Of a DNA stretch of 64,000 nucleotides, positions 63,035 through 64,000 are shown one piece after another. The DNA lies in the NCBI GenBank assembly GCA_951406725.2, contig OX597816.1:100750001-100814000 (forward strand), written 5' to 3'. Each line of letters begins with the position of its first letter. Within the stretch, counting starts at the first letter, position 1. The position numbers and the translations under genes were made by a program. The DNA is from Octopus vulgaris (lineage: Eukaryota). Below the pieces are notes generated by a model that saw only the letters and a program-made list of their open reading frames with translations, was not told where the DNA came from and searched no databases.

Positions 63035-64000
63035 TTATCATCGTCATTGTTTAAAGTCCTTCCATGCTTCCATGCTTGCATGGTTTGAATAGTTTGACAG
63101 GAGCTGGCCAGGTGGAAGCCTGCACCATGCCTCTGTGTCTGTTTTGACATGGTTTTCATGGCTGGATGCCTTTCCTAACACCAACAACTCCATAGAGTGG
63201 GCTGAGTGCTTTTTAAGTGGCGAACATTTTATTGCTGGATGCCCTTCCAAATGCCAACCACTATATTGTGTGGACTGGGTGCTATTTAAGTGGCACCTGC
63301 ACTGGTGGGGTCACTAAGTGACTTTGCAACACAAAGAGTCTTTGAGATGAGAGGGGGGGGCATTGTGTCAGATGATGAAAGATTCGAGTGTAACAGAGAA
63401 GTAGAAACAGATATCATGCTGTAGAGGAGGTCTATGGCTACCCAGACAGAGAGAGGGAGAGAGAGAAGAGAAAGAGAGCAAGAATTAAAAAGAATGAGGG
63501 CAGAAACAGTTACCTGAAGAGAGAGAGAGAGGGAATTAACAAGAAAGAGTTGTATTGCTGTAAAGGAGATACATGGTTACCTAGCCAGTGGTAAGAGCAA
63601 GGGAAGGAGGGAGTGAAAATGATCTAGAATGACAGAAATGGGTTTATTGCTGTAGGGGAGATACATGATTACTCAGCCAGAGGAGACAGCAAGGGAAATG
63701 GAGAGAGAGTAGGAGACAGTAAGAGCAGGAGAGGGAAGGTGGGAAGTGCCATGGTATACTTGCAAGGAACAAGAGATCAGGGCATAGATGGGATGGTAGA
63801 GTTAGGAAGAGGGAGATGAATGGTGACAAGTGCTGGCAGGATGTTGCCAAGGAGTTGGAAGTGGGGGGGTGAAGGAATGTGGTGACTAGTGAGAATCTGG
63901 GTAGAAAGGGAGGGGACGGGGGAGGCAACAATACAGTTAGCAGGGTAGTGTGGATGGATTGGGGAGTGAGGAATGCTGTGACTGGTGAGAATCTGGAAAT
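63035..64000 (-). mobile_element. Old RTE-tailed repeat with purine-rich body on the + strand; continues past the window end
   Basis: Decayed (atc)n tail, then ttccatgcttgcatggttt...gctggatgcctttcctaacaccaac as in the other RTE 3' ends. Confidence 0.7.

Overview
AT-rich, repeat-dense animal genomic DNA; the SINE/LINE families and (TA)n density suggest a coleoid cephalopod, probably Octopus (inferred, not database-checked). The window lies inside one large + strand gene, a Tiam1/still life-type Rac GEF. Four phase-compatible exons (8415-8558, 14343-14525, 17615-17868, 18627-18765) encode the end of the N-terminal PH domain, the CC-Ex region and the start of the Ras-binding domain (RBD). I found no further constitutive exon, so the remaining ~45 kb reads as one intron. 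The introns hold decayed mariner, Helitron, piggyBac-like, hAT-MITE, Penelope-like, RTE, CR1 and L1/Tx1-like elements and many tRNA-derived SINEs. Best leads: a U3-A8 variant minimal hammerhead ribozyme (7552-7599, minus); phase-0 alternative exon candidates in the long intron (28327-28383 and a 12-nt microexon at 51319-51330); a long-TIR foldback element split by a CR1 with an open but CpG-eroded RT ORF; inverted repeats that could form dsRNA or a 720-nt stop-free circRNA; and a GNRA-hairpin array in an RTE 3' UTR. The sequence alone does not demonstrate a new biological system. Most short ORFs in the track are microsatellite or antisense artefacts.
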